Assembly (NCBI GenBank): GCA_964589925.1
Contig: CAZPVE010000001.1
Coordinates: forward strand, 1-34,933
Origin: an uncultured Aurantimicrobium sp.
GTDB taxonomy: Bacteria > Actinomycetota > Actinomycetes > Actinomycetales > Microbacteriaceae
Direction: 5' to 3'
Length of the DNA stretch: 34,933 nt
Every line of letters starts with the position of its first letter. Positions within the stretch are counted from its first letter, which is position 1. Made by a program: the position numbers and the translations under genes. The notes below the pieces were generated by a model that was given only the letters and a program-made list of their open reading frames with translations, did no database searches and was not told the origin of the DNA. Of this stretch, positions 1-8,230 are shown piece after piece.

Positions 1-69
1 GTAGGTGTAACCGGTGCCAGCCGTCGAACGCAGCTTGATGATGGGACGAACGTCCTGTTGCTTTGCCAT
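1..69 (-). CDS. rpmG: 50S ribosomal protein L33, first 23 codons only (gene runs off the window start)
   Basis: Reverse translation from the ATG at 69..67 gives [23 protein letters not shown], a canonical L33 N-terminus of the Cys-less type. The ATG overlaps the rpmB stop (TAATG). Confidence 0.85.
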   Translation of the reverse strand, partial: MAKQQDVRPIIKLRSTAGTGYTY

Positions 70-305
70 TAGATCTTCTCCCCACGAGCGAGCAGGTCCT
101 TGACCACGGACTCGATGCCGCGAGCGTCAATAACCTTGATTCCCTTAGCCGACAGAGTCAGCGTGACATTGCGACGAAGCGACGGAACGAAGTACGTCTT
201 CTTCTGAATGTTCGGGTCGAAGCGACGCTTCGTGCGTCGGTGCGAGTGCGAAATGTTGTGACCAAAGCCGGGAGTGGCTCCTGTCACCTGACAGTTTGCT
301 GCCAT
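69..305 (-). CDS. rpmB: 50S ribosomal protein L28 (Cys-less, C-minus form), 78 aa
   Basis: Internal Met of ORF 69..434 gives [39 protein letters not shown]..., an L28 signature. GGAAGGA SD lies 6 nt upstream of the ATG at 305. There are no CxxC pairs. Confidence 0.9.
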   Translation of the reverse strand: MAANCQVTGATPGFGHNISHSHRRTKRRFDPNIQKKTYFVPSLRRNVTLTLSAKGIKVIDARGIESVVKDLLARGEKI

Positions 306-447
306 GCGTATTCCTTCCAATACCGTGTGGTCGTAATGCCACACCCAAGATCTCTTGTCTGCACACGCGAAAATTCGTGATTCCTTGCGGAACCTGAATC
401 CCCTGTGTACTGCTGAGTAAGGATTTTCACTCAACCAAGGGTCAAGT

Positions 448-834
448 CTACGTCAGCGAACAGGATGCACACAAACCGAAGACGTCGACCACGTGCTGCG
501 CTTGGGTGAATCCGTGGGCCGCGGCAACATCTTTGGCCCACGATTCGACGCGCTCGGCATCGATTTCGACTGTGGCCCCGCAGGAGCGACAGATCAGGTG
601 GTGGTGGTGCTCGCCGCTGGCACAGGCCCGGTAGAGGTTCTCGCCCTCGGGAGAAAGCAGACTGTCGGCCTGGCCTTCACCGACGAGGTCGGTCAGGGCG
701 CGATAGACGGTGGCCAGGCTGATCGTGGAGCCCTGGTCGCGCATCCCGGCAAACAGGCTTTGAGCACTGACGAATCCGTCGGTCGCACCAAGCGCGGTGA
801 CCACGGCTTCGCGTTGCCAGGTGTTGCGCTTCAC
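448..834 (-). CDS. zur: Fur-family zinc uptake regulator (Zur/FurB-like), 128 aa
   Basis: The GTG at 834 overlaps the TGA of the upstream permease (GTGA). [11 protein letters not shown] and the C-terminal GLCASC motifs, and the overall sequence, closely resemble mycobacterial Zur. The upstream part of ORF 448..1002 overlaps the permease and is rejected. Confidence 0.85.
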   Translation of the reverse strand: MKRNTWQREAVVTALGATDGFVSAQSLFAGMRDQGSTISLATVYRALTDLVGEGQADSLLSPEGENLYRACASGEHHHHLICRSCGATVEIDAERVESWAKDVAAAHGFTQAQHVVDVFGLCASCSLT

Positions 835-1697
835 GAGTGTGCTCCCGCCTGAATGCGAATGAGGCCCGTGTCGAGGTTCTCGCCAGTTGCCTTGGGGCGG
901 AATCGAGCTCGAGCCGACCCTGCCGACGAGATAAGCAAGCAGATGCCGAAGATAAGTGCCGCGGTCAAGGCCACGGATGCTCCGGCGCTTATCGAGAACC
1001 ACCGCGAGACAAAGAGCCCCACGATGCCGGCTGTGACGCCGAAGATGGGAGCGACAATCACCATGCCCGTCACCGATGTGGTCACCAGTCGGGCCGCGGC
1101 AGCCGGGCCAGCGATCAAGGCGATGGCCAGAATGGCGCCCACGGCCGGCATGGCCGTGACGACCGTGAGCGTGGTGAGCACGAGCAGCAGGGCATCCATC
1201 ACCGAGGGGTCATAGCCGGCTCCGCGATAGCCCGCCGGGTCAAAGATCGAGAAGAGCAGCTGCTTGCCCGCGGCCAGCAAGAACACAACGGTGACGGCGA
1301 GCGCGCCCGCAACCACCAGAGCATCAGTGCTGGTCGACGAGAGCACCGAGCCGAATAAATAGGCGTCGACCTGAATCGGAACGGTCGGGTTGAGCGCCTG
1401 CAAAAGCACGCCGGCCGCGAACCCTCCTGCGAGCACAACTCCGGTGGCCGCCTGCACGCCCCGCCTGGGCATCCGGTCGATGAGGGTGAGCAAGACAATG
1501 ATGGATGCGCACGCCGCAATCGCTCCGACCTGAATGTTGATGCCCACCAGCGCGGCAACCACAGCGCCGGGGAACGTGGCGTGCGTCAATGCCTGGGCAA
1601 AGAGAACGCGGCGACGCAGCACGATGAAGGTGCCGACGAGGCCACTCATGGCCCCGACCAGAATCACCACGAGCAGGGCGCGATCAAAGTAACTCAT
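831..1697 (-). CDS. metal ABC transporter permease (ZnuB/TroD-like), second of two
   Basis: 288-aa polytopic membrane protein, paralogous to the upstream permease. ATGA overlap with that gene. Confidence 0.9.
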   Translation of the reverse strand: MSYFDRALLVVILVGAMSGLVGTFIVLRRRVLFAQALTHATFPGAVVAALVGINIQVGAIAACASIIVLLTLIDRMPRRGVQAATGVVLAGGFAAGVLLQALNPTVPIQVDAYLFGSVLSSTSTDALVVAGALAVTVVFLLAAGKQLLFSIFDPAGYRGAGYDPSVMDALLLVLTTLTVVTAMPAVGAILAIALIAGPAAAARLVTTSVTGMVIVAPIFGVTAGIVGLFVSRWFSISAGASVALTAALIFGICLLISSAGSARARFRPKATGENLDTGLIRIQAGAHS

Positions 1698-2560
1698 GCG
1701 TCACCTCGCGCAGCTCGCTCGGGAACCATTGCTCGAACCGCGAGTGAGACCAGATATCCGACCACGAACACGATGGCCACCGTGGCGCCACCGGGCACAG
1801 CAACATTCGCCCCGACCGAGACGGTAAAACTGGTGAGCAGGCCGATGAAGGCGGCGCCGAGAGCAAAAATGACAGCCCCAATAAAGAGGCCGCCGAGGCC
1901 GCCGGTCCACATGCGCGAAATCGCCCCGGGCACGATGATCACAGCGAGCACGAGCAGGTTGCCAACGGCAATGGATGCGGCAACGACCACACAGGCGATG
2001 GCGATGTTGAGCAGAAGCGAGAGAGCAAGGGTGTTGAATCCGGCGGCGGATGCTCCACGAGCGTCGAACGCCGAAAACACCTGCCCGCGCAGCGTCATCC
2101 CAATCAACACCAGCGCCGCGGCACAGACAGCCAGCGTGATGACGACCTCGAGGGTGGTCACCGTAAACAGGTGGCCAAAGAGCAGCTGCTCGAGCGAGGC
2201 GGTCACATCGTGAGAGCGCGACACGATGATGACACCCAGGCTGAACATCGAGGTCAAGATGATAGCAATTGCGGCATCCGAGGTGACCCTGCGATGAGAC
2301 AGCACGGTAAGCACCACGGTGGCTAACGCTGCCGCGATGATGGCGCCGTAGACAACGCCACCGGAGCCGGCAAAGGCAAACCCGGCAGCTACCCCCGGAA
2401 AGACGGCGTGGGTCAAGCCGTCGGAGAGAAACTCCAGTCCGCGCAGGTTCACGAACACCCCGATCAGGCCGGCCGCGAGCGCGAGGCCGGCCAGCACGGC
2501 AGCAGCACGCCACATGAACGGCAGCGTGAACGCCTGAGCAAGGATGTCGAACAGAGTCAT
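1694..2560 (-). CDS. metal ABC transporter permease (ZnuB/TroC-like), first of two
   Basis: 288-aa polytopic membrane protein. Starts 2 nt after the ATPase stop. Confidence 0.9.
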   Translation of the reverse strand: MTLFDILAQAFTLPFMWRAAAVLAGLALAAGLIGVFVNLRGLEFLSDGLTHAVFPGVAAGFAFAGSGGVVYGAIIAAALATVVLTVLSHRRVTSDAAIAIILTSMFSLGVIIVSRSHDVTASLEQLLFGHLFTVTTLEVVITLAVCAAALVLIGMTLRGQVFSAFDARGASAAGFNTLALSLLLNIAIACVVVAASIAVGNLLVLAVIIVPGAISRMWTGGLGGLFIGAVIFALGAAFIGLLTSFTVSVGANVAVPGGATVAIVFVVGYLVSLAVRAMVPERAARGDA

Positions 2561-2562
2561 GA

Positions 2563-3330
2563 CTAGTGGTGGTGTCCTGGCAAGACGACGGTGTGCTCAT
2601 CCACTTCAACCTGCACATCGCGGAAGGCCTGTTGCAGGTTGGCTAGCGTGAGCACTTCTTCGCGCGGACCGAATGCCACCTGCACGCCGTTGACGAGAAG
2701 CACCGAGTCACAGACTTCGCGGGCGAGTTCCAGATCGTGCGTGGTCAGCAAAATGCCCACGCCTTGCGCTTTCAGGTCTTTCAGCGTGGTGATGAGGGCG
2801 TCACGGTTGGGTTGGTCGAGGGCATTGAACGGCTCATCGAGCAACAGGAGCGACGGCTTGGTCGCGAGTGCGCGAGCCAGAAGACCGCGCTGCTGCTGGC
2901 CGCCCGACAGTGCGCCAAAACGAGTGTTCGCGCGCGAGGTAAGGCCGGTGACCTCAAGCGCTTCGGCCACAGCTTTTCGATCATCAGCGCCCGGAAAGCG
3001 GAACCACCCCAGACGGCGGTAGCGGCCCATCATGACGACCTGGCGTAGGGTGATCGGAAATTCAGAGTCGATGTCGTCGTCCTGAGGCAGGTAGCCAATA
3101 CGCCCCGATTGACCGCGACCCTTCTTGGGGCGGAACACCGTCATCTCGCCGGCGACGAGAGGAATCTCGCCGAGGACGCCCTTGAGCATGGTCGACTTGC
3201 CCGAGCCGTTGGGGCCAATGAGTGCGACGGCTTCGCCGGGGTGGATGCTCATGGTGACGTGCTCAAGAGCAACATCACCGTCGTAGGCGAACGCGACATC
3301 GCTCAGGTTGAGAAGCGGTTCGGCGGTCAT
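2563..3330 (-). CDS. znuC: metal ABC transporter ATP-binding protein
   Basis: Walker A GPNGSGKST, ABC signature LSGGQQQR, Walker B LLLLDEP. ATGA overlap with the binding-protein gene. Confidence 0.92.
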   Translation of the reverse strand: MTAEPLLNLSDVAFAYDGDVALEHVTMSIHPGEAVALIGPNGSGKSTMLKGVLGEIPLVAGEMTVFRPKKGRGQSGRIGYLPQDDDIDSEFPITLRQVVMMGRYRRLGWFRFPGADDRKAVAEALEVTGLTSRANTRFGALSGGQQQRGLLARALATKPSLLLLDEPFNALDQPNRDALITTLKDLKAQGVGILLTTHDLELAREVCDSVLLVNGVQVAFGPREEVLTLANLQQAFRDVQVEVDEHTVVLPGHHH

Positions 3331-4307
3331 GAGATCAAGTCCTTAGGTAGGGGGATGTTCGTGCCGCCCCAGGCAGACACGAGAACACGAACGTTGTGAA
3401 TGGTGGCGTCTATATAAGTAGAGCCCTGGCTGCCGGTCGGGCCGAGGGTATCGGCATAGAGCGCATCAGGCCCCGAGTAAACCTTGACCCCAGCCTCGGT
3501 GGCGATGGTCTTGGCGAGCTTGGGAGAAATGGTCGACTCGGAGAAAACCGCTTTGGCGCCGGTTGCTTTTATCTTGGCGACGAGCGCATCGATCTCCGCG
3601 GCACTGGGCTCTGCGTTGTCGTCAAAGCCAGGGATGATCGACCCTACGAAGGTGATGCCAAACTCACGCGAAAAATATGCCAGGCCGTCGTGGTTGGTCA
3701 CGAGCAGGCGGTCGGCAGCGGGAATCTGAGCCAGGTCGGCAGTTGCCCACGCCTTCAACGAGCGCAGTTTGCCCTCATAGGCGGCCGCGTTATCGACGAA
3801 GGCCTTGGCCTTGCTTGGCTCTGCCTTGGCAAGCCCGGCCGCAATCGCGGCGACCATGTGCTGGGCGTTGGTGACCGAAGTCCACACGTGTGGGTCGCCA
3901 TCAACGATGGTCACTCCGGAGGATGCGTCGATGACCGGACCTCGAAATCCCGATGCCTCAATGGCTGCCGGCAGCCAGGGCTCGATGCCTTCGCCGCTCT
4001 TGACGAGTGCGTCAGCGTGCGCGAGCTCGAGCAACACCCTGGCGGACGGGTCAAACGAGTGCGCGCTTTGATTCGCGGCGATGATGCCTTCAACCGTTCC
4101 GGCAGAGCCCACCACTTCACGGGTGAAGTCGGCCACCTGCGTGGTGGTTGCCATGACCCGAAAACCCTGCGGGGCCGGTGATGGGGCCGAGCAGCCCGAC
4201 AGCGTCGCGACCGTGCCGACCACGGCAACAACCGCAACGGCGACGCAGACCGCTTTGTTGTTGCAGCGGATGCTCGCCCACAGTCGTCGAAGCCAGGGGG
4301 ATCTCAC
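3327..4307 (-). CDS. znuA: metal ABC transporter substrate-binding lipoprotein (cluster A-I, ZnuA/TroA family)
   Basis: Signal peptide with lipobox LSGC. Metal-ligand contexts SAHSFDPS, DPHVWTS and NHDGLAYF; the third ligand is His as in Zn-type binders rather than the Glu of Mn-type PsaA/MntC. No His-rich loop. GTG start at 4307. Confidence 0.88.
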   Translation of the reverse strand: MRSPWLRRLWASIRCNNKAVCVAVAVVAVVGTVATLSGCSAPSPAPQGFRVMATTTQVADFTREVVGSAGTVEGIIAANQSAHSFDPSARVLLELAHADALVKSGEGIEPWLPAAIEASGFRGPVIDASSGVTIVDGDPHVWTSVTNAQHMVAAIAAGLAKAEPSKAKAFVDNAAAYEGKLRSLKAWATADLAQIPAADRLLVTNHDGLAYFSREFGITFVGSIIPGFDDNAEPSAAEIDALVAKIKATGAKAVFSESTISPKLAKTIATEAGVKVYSGPDALYADTLGPTGSQGSTYIDATIHNVRVLVSAWGGTNIPLPKDLIS

Positions 4308-4313
4308 TCCTCG

Positions 4314-4342
4314 ACCGTAGGCTTATTGCGAATCATTGTCAA
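4314..4342 (-). promoter_or_regulatory. candidate znuA promoter with leaderless geometry
   Basis: Minus strand reads TTGACA (4342..4337), 17-nt spacer, TACGGT (4319..4314, fits TANNNT), 6 nt, GTG at 4307. The -35 and spacer lie inside the Zur-box palindrome. Confidence 0.4.
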
Positions 4343-4344
4343 TA
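4324..4344. promoter_or_regulatory. Zur-box-like 21-bp palindrome TATTGCGAATCATTGTCAATA
   Basis: Arms TATTG-NN-AAT / ATT-NN-CAATA are symmetric around a central C. The site resembles actinobacterial Zur operators (TGAAAATGATTTTCA-type) and sits 17 nt upstream of the znuA start, in the operon that also encodes zur. Confidence 0.55.
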
Positions 4345-4380
4345 CGACCACGGCCCCTGTAGGGCCACTTCTCAGGTCGG

Positions 4381-4386
4381 TACGAT
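4381..4386 (+). promoter_or_regulatory. candidate -10 (TACGAT) for trhO, leaderless geometry
   Basis: A TANNNT hexamer lies 6 nt upstream of the GTG at 4393, with no SD in between. Confidence 0.3.
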
Positions 4387-4392
4387 TGATCC

Positions 4393-5298
4393 GTGGCTGT
4401 TCCAAAAATCCTGCTGTACTACGCATTCGCGCCGATCGCCGACCCCGAGGCCGTGCGACTGTGGCAGCGCGACCTCTGTGAGTCGCTCAACCTGCGCGGG
4501 CGCATCCTGATTTCTCGTCACGGCATCAACGGAACCGTCGGCGGAGACCTTCCCAACGTCAAGAAGTACCTGCGCAAGACGCGCGAATACGCGGGCTTCA
4601 AGAACATGGATGCCAAGTGGAGCGAGGGCACCGGTGTCGACGAGAACGGCGCAAGCCTCGACTTTCCTCGTCTGAGCGTGAAGGTGCGCGACGAAGTTGT
4701 GGCCTTCGGTGTGCCCGACGAGGTTCAGGTTGACGAGAACGGCATCGTTGGCGGCGGCATCAAGCTCAAGCCCGACGAGCTCGACGCACTGATTGCAGAG
4801 CGCGGCGACGAAGTTGTGTTCTTCGACGGACGCAACGCTTTCGAGGCCGAGATCGGTCGTTTCAAGGGCGCTGTGGTTCCCGATGTCACCACCACCCACG
4901 ATTTCGTTCGCGAACTCGAGAGCGGCAAGTACGACGACCTCAAAAACAAGCCGATCGTGACCTACTGCACCGGCGGCATTCGCTGTGAGGTGCTGACCCC
5001 ACTCATGAAGGCCCGCGGGTTCAACGAGATCTATCAGCTCGATGGCGGCATCGTTCGCTACGGCGAAGCCCGCGGCAATGACGGCCTGTGGGAAGGTTCG
5101 CTCTATGTCTTTGACGGACGCGTTGCGATGGACTTTGCCCCCGGGGCTGCACTCATCGGCACCTGCGTGCAGTGCGGCGAAGCATCCAACCGGATGCGCA
5201 ACTGCAGCGACCCGTCATGCCGCACACAACTCGTCGTCTGCGACGACTGCCCCGACCCGCGGTGTGAAGCACACGCGGTCGCAGGCGTCAACGCCTAG
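4393..5298 (+). CDS. trhO: rhodanese-domain protein, UPF0176/YceA family (tRNA U34 hydroxylase TrhO-like)
   Basis: N-terminal ILLYYAF...[13 protein letters not shown] block, rhodanese active-site loop CTGGIRCE, Cys-rich C-terminus. Confidence 0.85.
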   Translation: MAVPKILLYYAFAPIADPEAVRLWQRDLCESLNLRGRILISRHGINGTVGGDLPNVKKYLRKTREYAGFKNMDAKWSEGTGVDENGASLDFPRLSVKVRDEVVAFGVPDEVQVDENGIVGGGIKLKPDELDALIAERGDEVVFFDGRNAFEAEIGRFKGAVVPDVTTTHDFVRELESGKYDDLKNKPIVTYCTGGIRCEVLTPLMKARGFNEIYQLDGGIVRYGEARGNDGLWEGSLYVFDGRVAMDFAPGAALIGTCVQCGEASNRMRNCSDPSCRTQLVVCDDCPDPRCEAHAVAGVNA

Positions 5299-5318
5299 CG
5301 GACGGTCAGCGCAGCGGT

Positions 5319-6101
5319 CTAGGCCGAAGCGAGCTGAGCGGCGACTACCTCGCGCACGAGCTCTTCACTGTCGATCGACAGCACCTTGTCGATGCGCACA
5401 CCGTAGGAGCGGGCGTCTTTTGCCGTGCGCTCACCAATGGCGGCAATGAGAGTGCCGGCGGGAATGTCACCGATCTGCTCGGCTACCTGCTGAGCAACCG
5501 ATCCACTGGTGACGAGAACGGTGTCGAAGCGTCCGTTGCGCGCATCGTCGATGACCTCGGAATCAACCTCGATGCCGACCGTGCGGTAGGCAACAATCGA
5601 GCGCACATCGTGACCGATGCGGATGAGTCCCTTAGTGAGAACGGGGATGGCATCTTCGGCGCGAAGGGTGAGCACGCGAAGCGGGACTACGCCACCGGTT
5701 GCTTCGTTCCACTCGGCCAGAAGACCATGGGCGGTGTTTTCATCGCTGGGGGTGAGGTCGGCGCGGTAGCCGGCGGCCTCGAGTGCGGCCGCAGTGGTGT
5801 CACCCACGGCTGCGACCTTGGTCGATGCAGGAATCTCACCGCGGTAGGCGGCGACGACATCAACGGTTGTTGCGCTGGTAAAGGTAACCCAATCGAACTT
5901 GCCGTCCGCTAGGTCAGCCAGCGCAGTGGAGAGAGAGTCGGCGTCTTCGGTAATCACGAAGTTGGTCATCGGAGCGATGACCGCGTGCGCCCCCAGGGCG
6001 CGCAAATCCGAAGCCAGAGCATTGCCCCACGGTCCACCGCGGGGAATGAGGATACGACGACCACCGAGGGGTCGGATATCCGTTGGGTTCGTAATAGTCA
6101 T
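5319..6101 (-). CDS. hemD: uroporphyrinogen-III synthase family protein (HemD-like)
   Basis: Two-lobed HemD-like sequence (RILIPRGG...LGAHAVIAPM...DWVTFTSATTV...VAAVGDTTA...). The ATG at 6101 is preferred over the TTG at 6134. The function call is by family only. Confidence 0.7.
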   Translation of the reverse strand: MTITNPTDIRPLGGRRILIPRGGPWGNALASDLRALGAHAVIAPMTNFVITEDADSLSTALADLADGKFDWVTFTSATTVDVVAAYRGEIPASTKVAAVGDTTAAALEAAGYRADLTPSDENTAHGLLAEWNEATGGVVPLRVLTLRAEDAIPVLTKGLIRIGHDVRSIVAYRTVGIEVDSEVIDDARNGRFDTVLVTSGSVAQQVAEQIGDIPAGTLIAAIGERTAKDARSYGVRIDKVLSIDSEELVREVVAAQLASA

Positions 6102-6226
6102 CTGTCGTTTCGTGCTCACCGACGAGTCGCACAAGAAAGACGAACCCGTCGAGTTGGGAAGAGTAAGGCGGGCGAAGGGATGCCTTCAGGCGCCTGTCAC
6201 GTCATCATCGACGGGAGGGGAAGAAG

Positions 6227-6526
6227 CTATTTCTTCGACGTCGCTATCTTAACCGCGATGTAGGCGGTAATGCCAACTGCCGCAACTCCGCCCAGCAGAA
6301 TGCCAGCGAGTGCGATCGGGTTGTCCTGACGCATCGTGCGCACCTGACGACGCAAACGGCGGCCGGCTTTGTCGAGCTGTCGGGGGATGTCGAACTTCAC
6401 TTCGAGCGCATCCAGGTTTGATGCCAGCTTTGCCCGAGTGTCCGCCAAGTGAGCTTCGAGCTCTTTGCGATTGAGGCCTTCCACCAGGCTCGGGGTGGCT
6501 TCGTAGTCAAAATTCTCAGGAGTCAT
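6227..6526 (-). CDS. DUF3618-like membrane-anchored protein, 99 aa
   Basis: Coiled N-terminal part plus a C-terminal TM segment (IALAGILLGGVAAVGITAYIAV). The ATG at 6526 is preceded by GGGGGAGGG and overlaps the upstream gene's end by 11 nt. Confidence 0.7.
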   Translation of the reverse strand: MTPENFDYEATPSLVEGLNRKELEAHLADTRAKLASNLDALEVKFDIPRQLDKAGRRLRRQVRTMRQDNPIALAGILLGGVAAVGITAYIAVKIATSKK

Positions 6527-6935
6527 AACGGCCCTCCCCCTTGAGTGCGGCAGCATCCTCGACGAGGCTGTCGAACGTTTCGGTGGGCAGAGGTGTGTTG
6601 TTCTTGAACAGGCGCACGGCGATAGCGCTCAGCGTAATCATGATGATCAGGATGATGCCGGCCACGGTGAGGGCGGCAGCCCAGACCGGCATGATCTGGC
6701 CCAGGCCATAGACCGCTGCGAGCACAAGCGTGCCCACGAGGAACGACCCAAGCATGATCACCGTGGCCACCAGAATGGCAGCGATGCTCACGCGCTTGAG
6801 CTTGCGAGCCATCTCTCGCTTGAAGCGCTCGAACTCTCCGCGAGCGAGGTCGAGAAACAGGCTCGGCAGCTCGCGCAGCAACGCGAAGAGCGAACGAGGG
6901 TCGTCGCCGTCGATGTCCGGCTTACGGGTTGCCAT
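6516..6935 (-). CDS. actinobacterial holin-X (holin superfamily III-like) membrane protein
   Basis: 139 aa with two long hydrophobic segments and charged termini. Typical middle member of the YtxH/holin-X/DUF3618 trio. Confidence 0.72.
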   Translation of the reverse strand: MATRKPDIDGDDPRSLFALLRELPSLFLDLARGEFERFKREMARKLKRVSIAAILVATVIMLGSFLVGTLVLAAVYGLGQIMPVWAAALTVAGIILIIMITLSAIAVRLFKNNTPLPTETFDSLVEDAAALKGEGRYDS

Positions 6936-6937
6936 GA

Positions 6938-7351
6938 CTATTCAGCTTTGGGGCTAGTCGACTTCGAGGATGCGTTCTGGCGTGAGCGAGCTGAGGGCTC
7001 AATGGTCGGGATGGGCTTCGTCACAGGAGCCGCGGTGGTCGACGAGCCCGTGGCCGGACGCTTCGTGGTTGCAGGCTTTGCTGCAGCGCGCTTGGGAGCC
7101 GGACGCTTGGCTGCAGGCTTCTCGATGTTGGGGGTCGACGCCTTGTGGATGACCTTCTTGGCACCGGCGATCGCCTTGTCCGCGACATCGCCCACTGCTT
7201 CGCGGGCCTGGGTGGCGCCCCACTGCACGGGCTCGGAATCCCAGATGTTCTGCGCGGCCAGCTTGATCTGCTCGTAGCGACGACGGCCATCACGCGTGCC
7301 CAAGACATAGCCGAGCGCAAGACCTGCAACGAAGAGAACTTTGCCCCTCAT
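6938..7351 (-). CDS. YtxH domain-containing protein
   Basis: MRGKVLFVAGLALGYVLGTRDGRRRYEQ is a YtxH-type N-terminus and the tail is basic and Ala/Pro/Lys-rich. The ATG at 7351 is preceded by GGAGGGG. Confidence 0.7.
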   Translation of the reverse strand: MRGKVLFVAGLALGYVLGTRDGRRRYEQIKLAAQNIWDSEPVQWGATQAREAVGDVADKAIAGAKKVIHKASTPNIEKPAAKRPAPKRAAAKPATTKRPATGSSTTAAPVTKPIPTIEPSARSRQNASSKSTSPKAE

Positions 7352-7403
7352 AACCCCTCCAGAGGTATATTCCGAAAAACGCATATAACGCGATTAATTC
7401 AGT

Positions 7404-8228
7404 CTACAGCCCTAAATCGATTGGGCCTACGGGAGGATTTTCGGGGTCGCTGAGCAAAGTAACCCGCGCGGCTTCTGCGGCCTCCTTGGCGTGAGGGACT
7501 TGGAGCTCCCACGCCGGGTGCTCGGCAGTAGCGGCGACATCGAGTAGCCACACGGTGGCCTTGAGCTTCTCTGCCTGCTTCGGCGTCACGCGCTGCACAG
7601 CGAAGTACTCGAGGGATGCGGCGAGCGCATCCACCAGCACCTGCGTTCCTCCGGTGATGTGAACTGACTGAGCCCAACGCGGCTCATCCGCGATGAGCTC
7701 AAGCACTCCGGCCGTGAGTGAGCCCACTCGACTCATTGCCGTCGTGAGCCCGGGTGCGATGGCCGTGACGGCGAGATTGCTCGTCTCCACTCCATACAGG
7801 CGAGCAACCTCGGGCTGCACGAGGTCACGCAGAGCTCGCGAACCAAGTCGGCGACGAACCAACCTGTCGAAGCGCTCTTCGTTTCCGATCTGCAAGAGCG
7901 GCTTGAGGCGATCGAGGTAGATGCGCCATGCTCCCGACCAGCCGAGCGCGGAACGAACGCCGGGACTGAACGGGTTGCCAGGCACGCCAGCGACGGCGAG
8001 CGCATCCGGCCCCTGGTCGATGATGTCGTAGGGCACTTTGAGGCAGTCGCAGAGCTCGGCGATGGAACTGTTGTGATGGCTGAACTCAGGAGGCAGGAAC
8101 ACCTCGCGCTTGGGATCAACAATCACCGCAACGCGAAAGCCGAAGCGAGCGCACTCCAATGCCGCGACGAAAGCTGGGGCATCCTGGCCTTCGACGACAA
8201 CGTCAAAGGCGTTTGCGCCCGCAACCAC
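7404..8228 (-). CDS. hypothetical protein with a degenerate Rossmann-like N-terminus
   Basis: 274-aa ORF. Its GTG lies 2 nt after the glyQS stop. The N-terminus DVVVEGQDAPAFVAALECARFGFRVAVI has the shape of a FAD/NAD fold but lacks GxGxxG. Confidence 0.6.
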   Translation of the reverse strand: MVAGANAFDVVVEGQDAPAFVAALECARFGFRVAVIVDPKREVFLPPEFSHHNSSIAELCDCLKVPYDIIDQGPDALAVAGVPGNPFSPGVRSALGWSGAWRIYLDRLKPLLQIGNEERFDRLVRRRLGSRALRDLVQPEVARLYGVETSNLAVTAIAPGLTTAMSRVGSLTAGVLELIADEPRWAQSVHITGGTQVLVDALAASLEYFAVQRVTPKQAEKLKATVWLLDVAATAEHPAWELQVPHAKEAAEAARVTLLSDPENPPVGPIDLGL

Positions 8229-8230
8229 GG

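Noticed and set aside
6516-6935. The holin-family protein as evidence for a prophage or lysis cassette.
   Set aside because: There is no endolysin, integrase, terminase or structural gene anywhere nearby. The gene belongs to a chromosomal three-gene membrane module.
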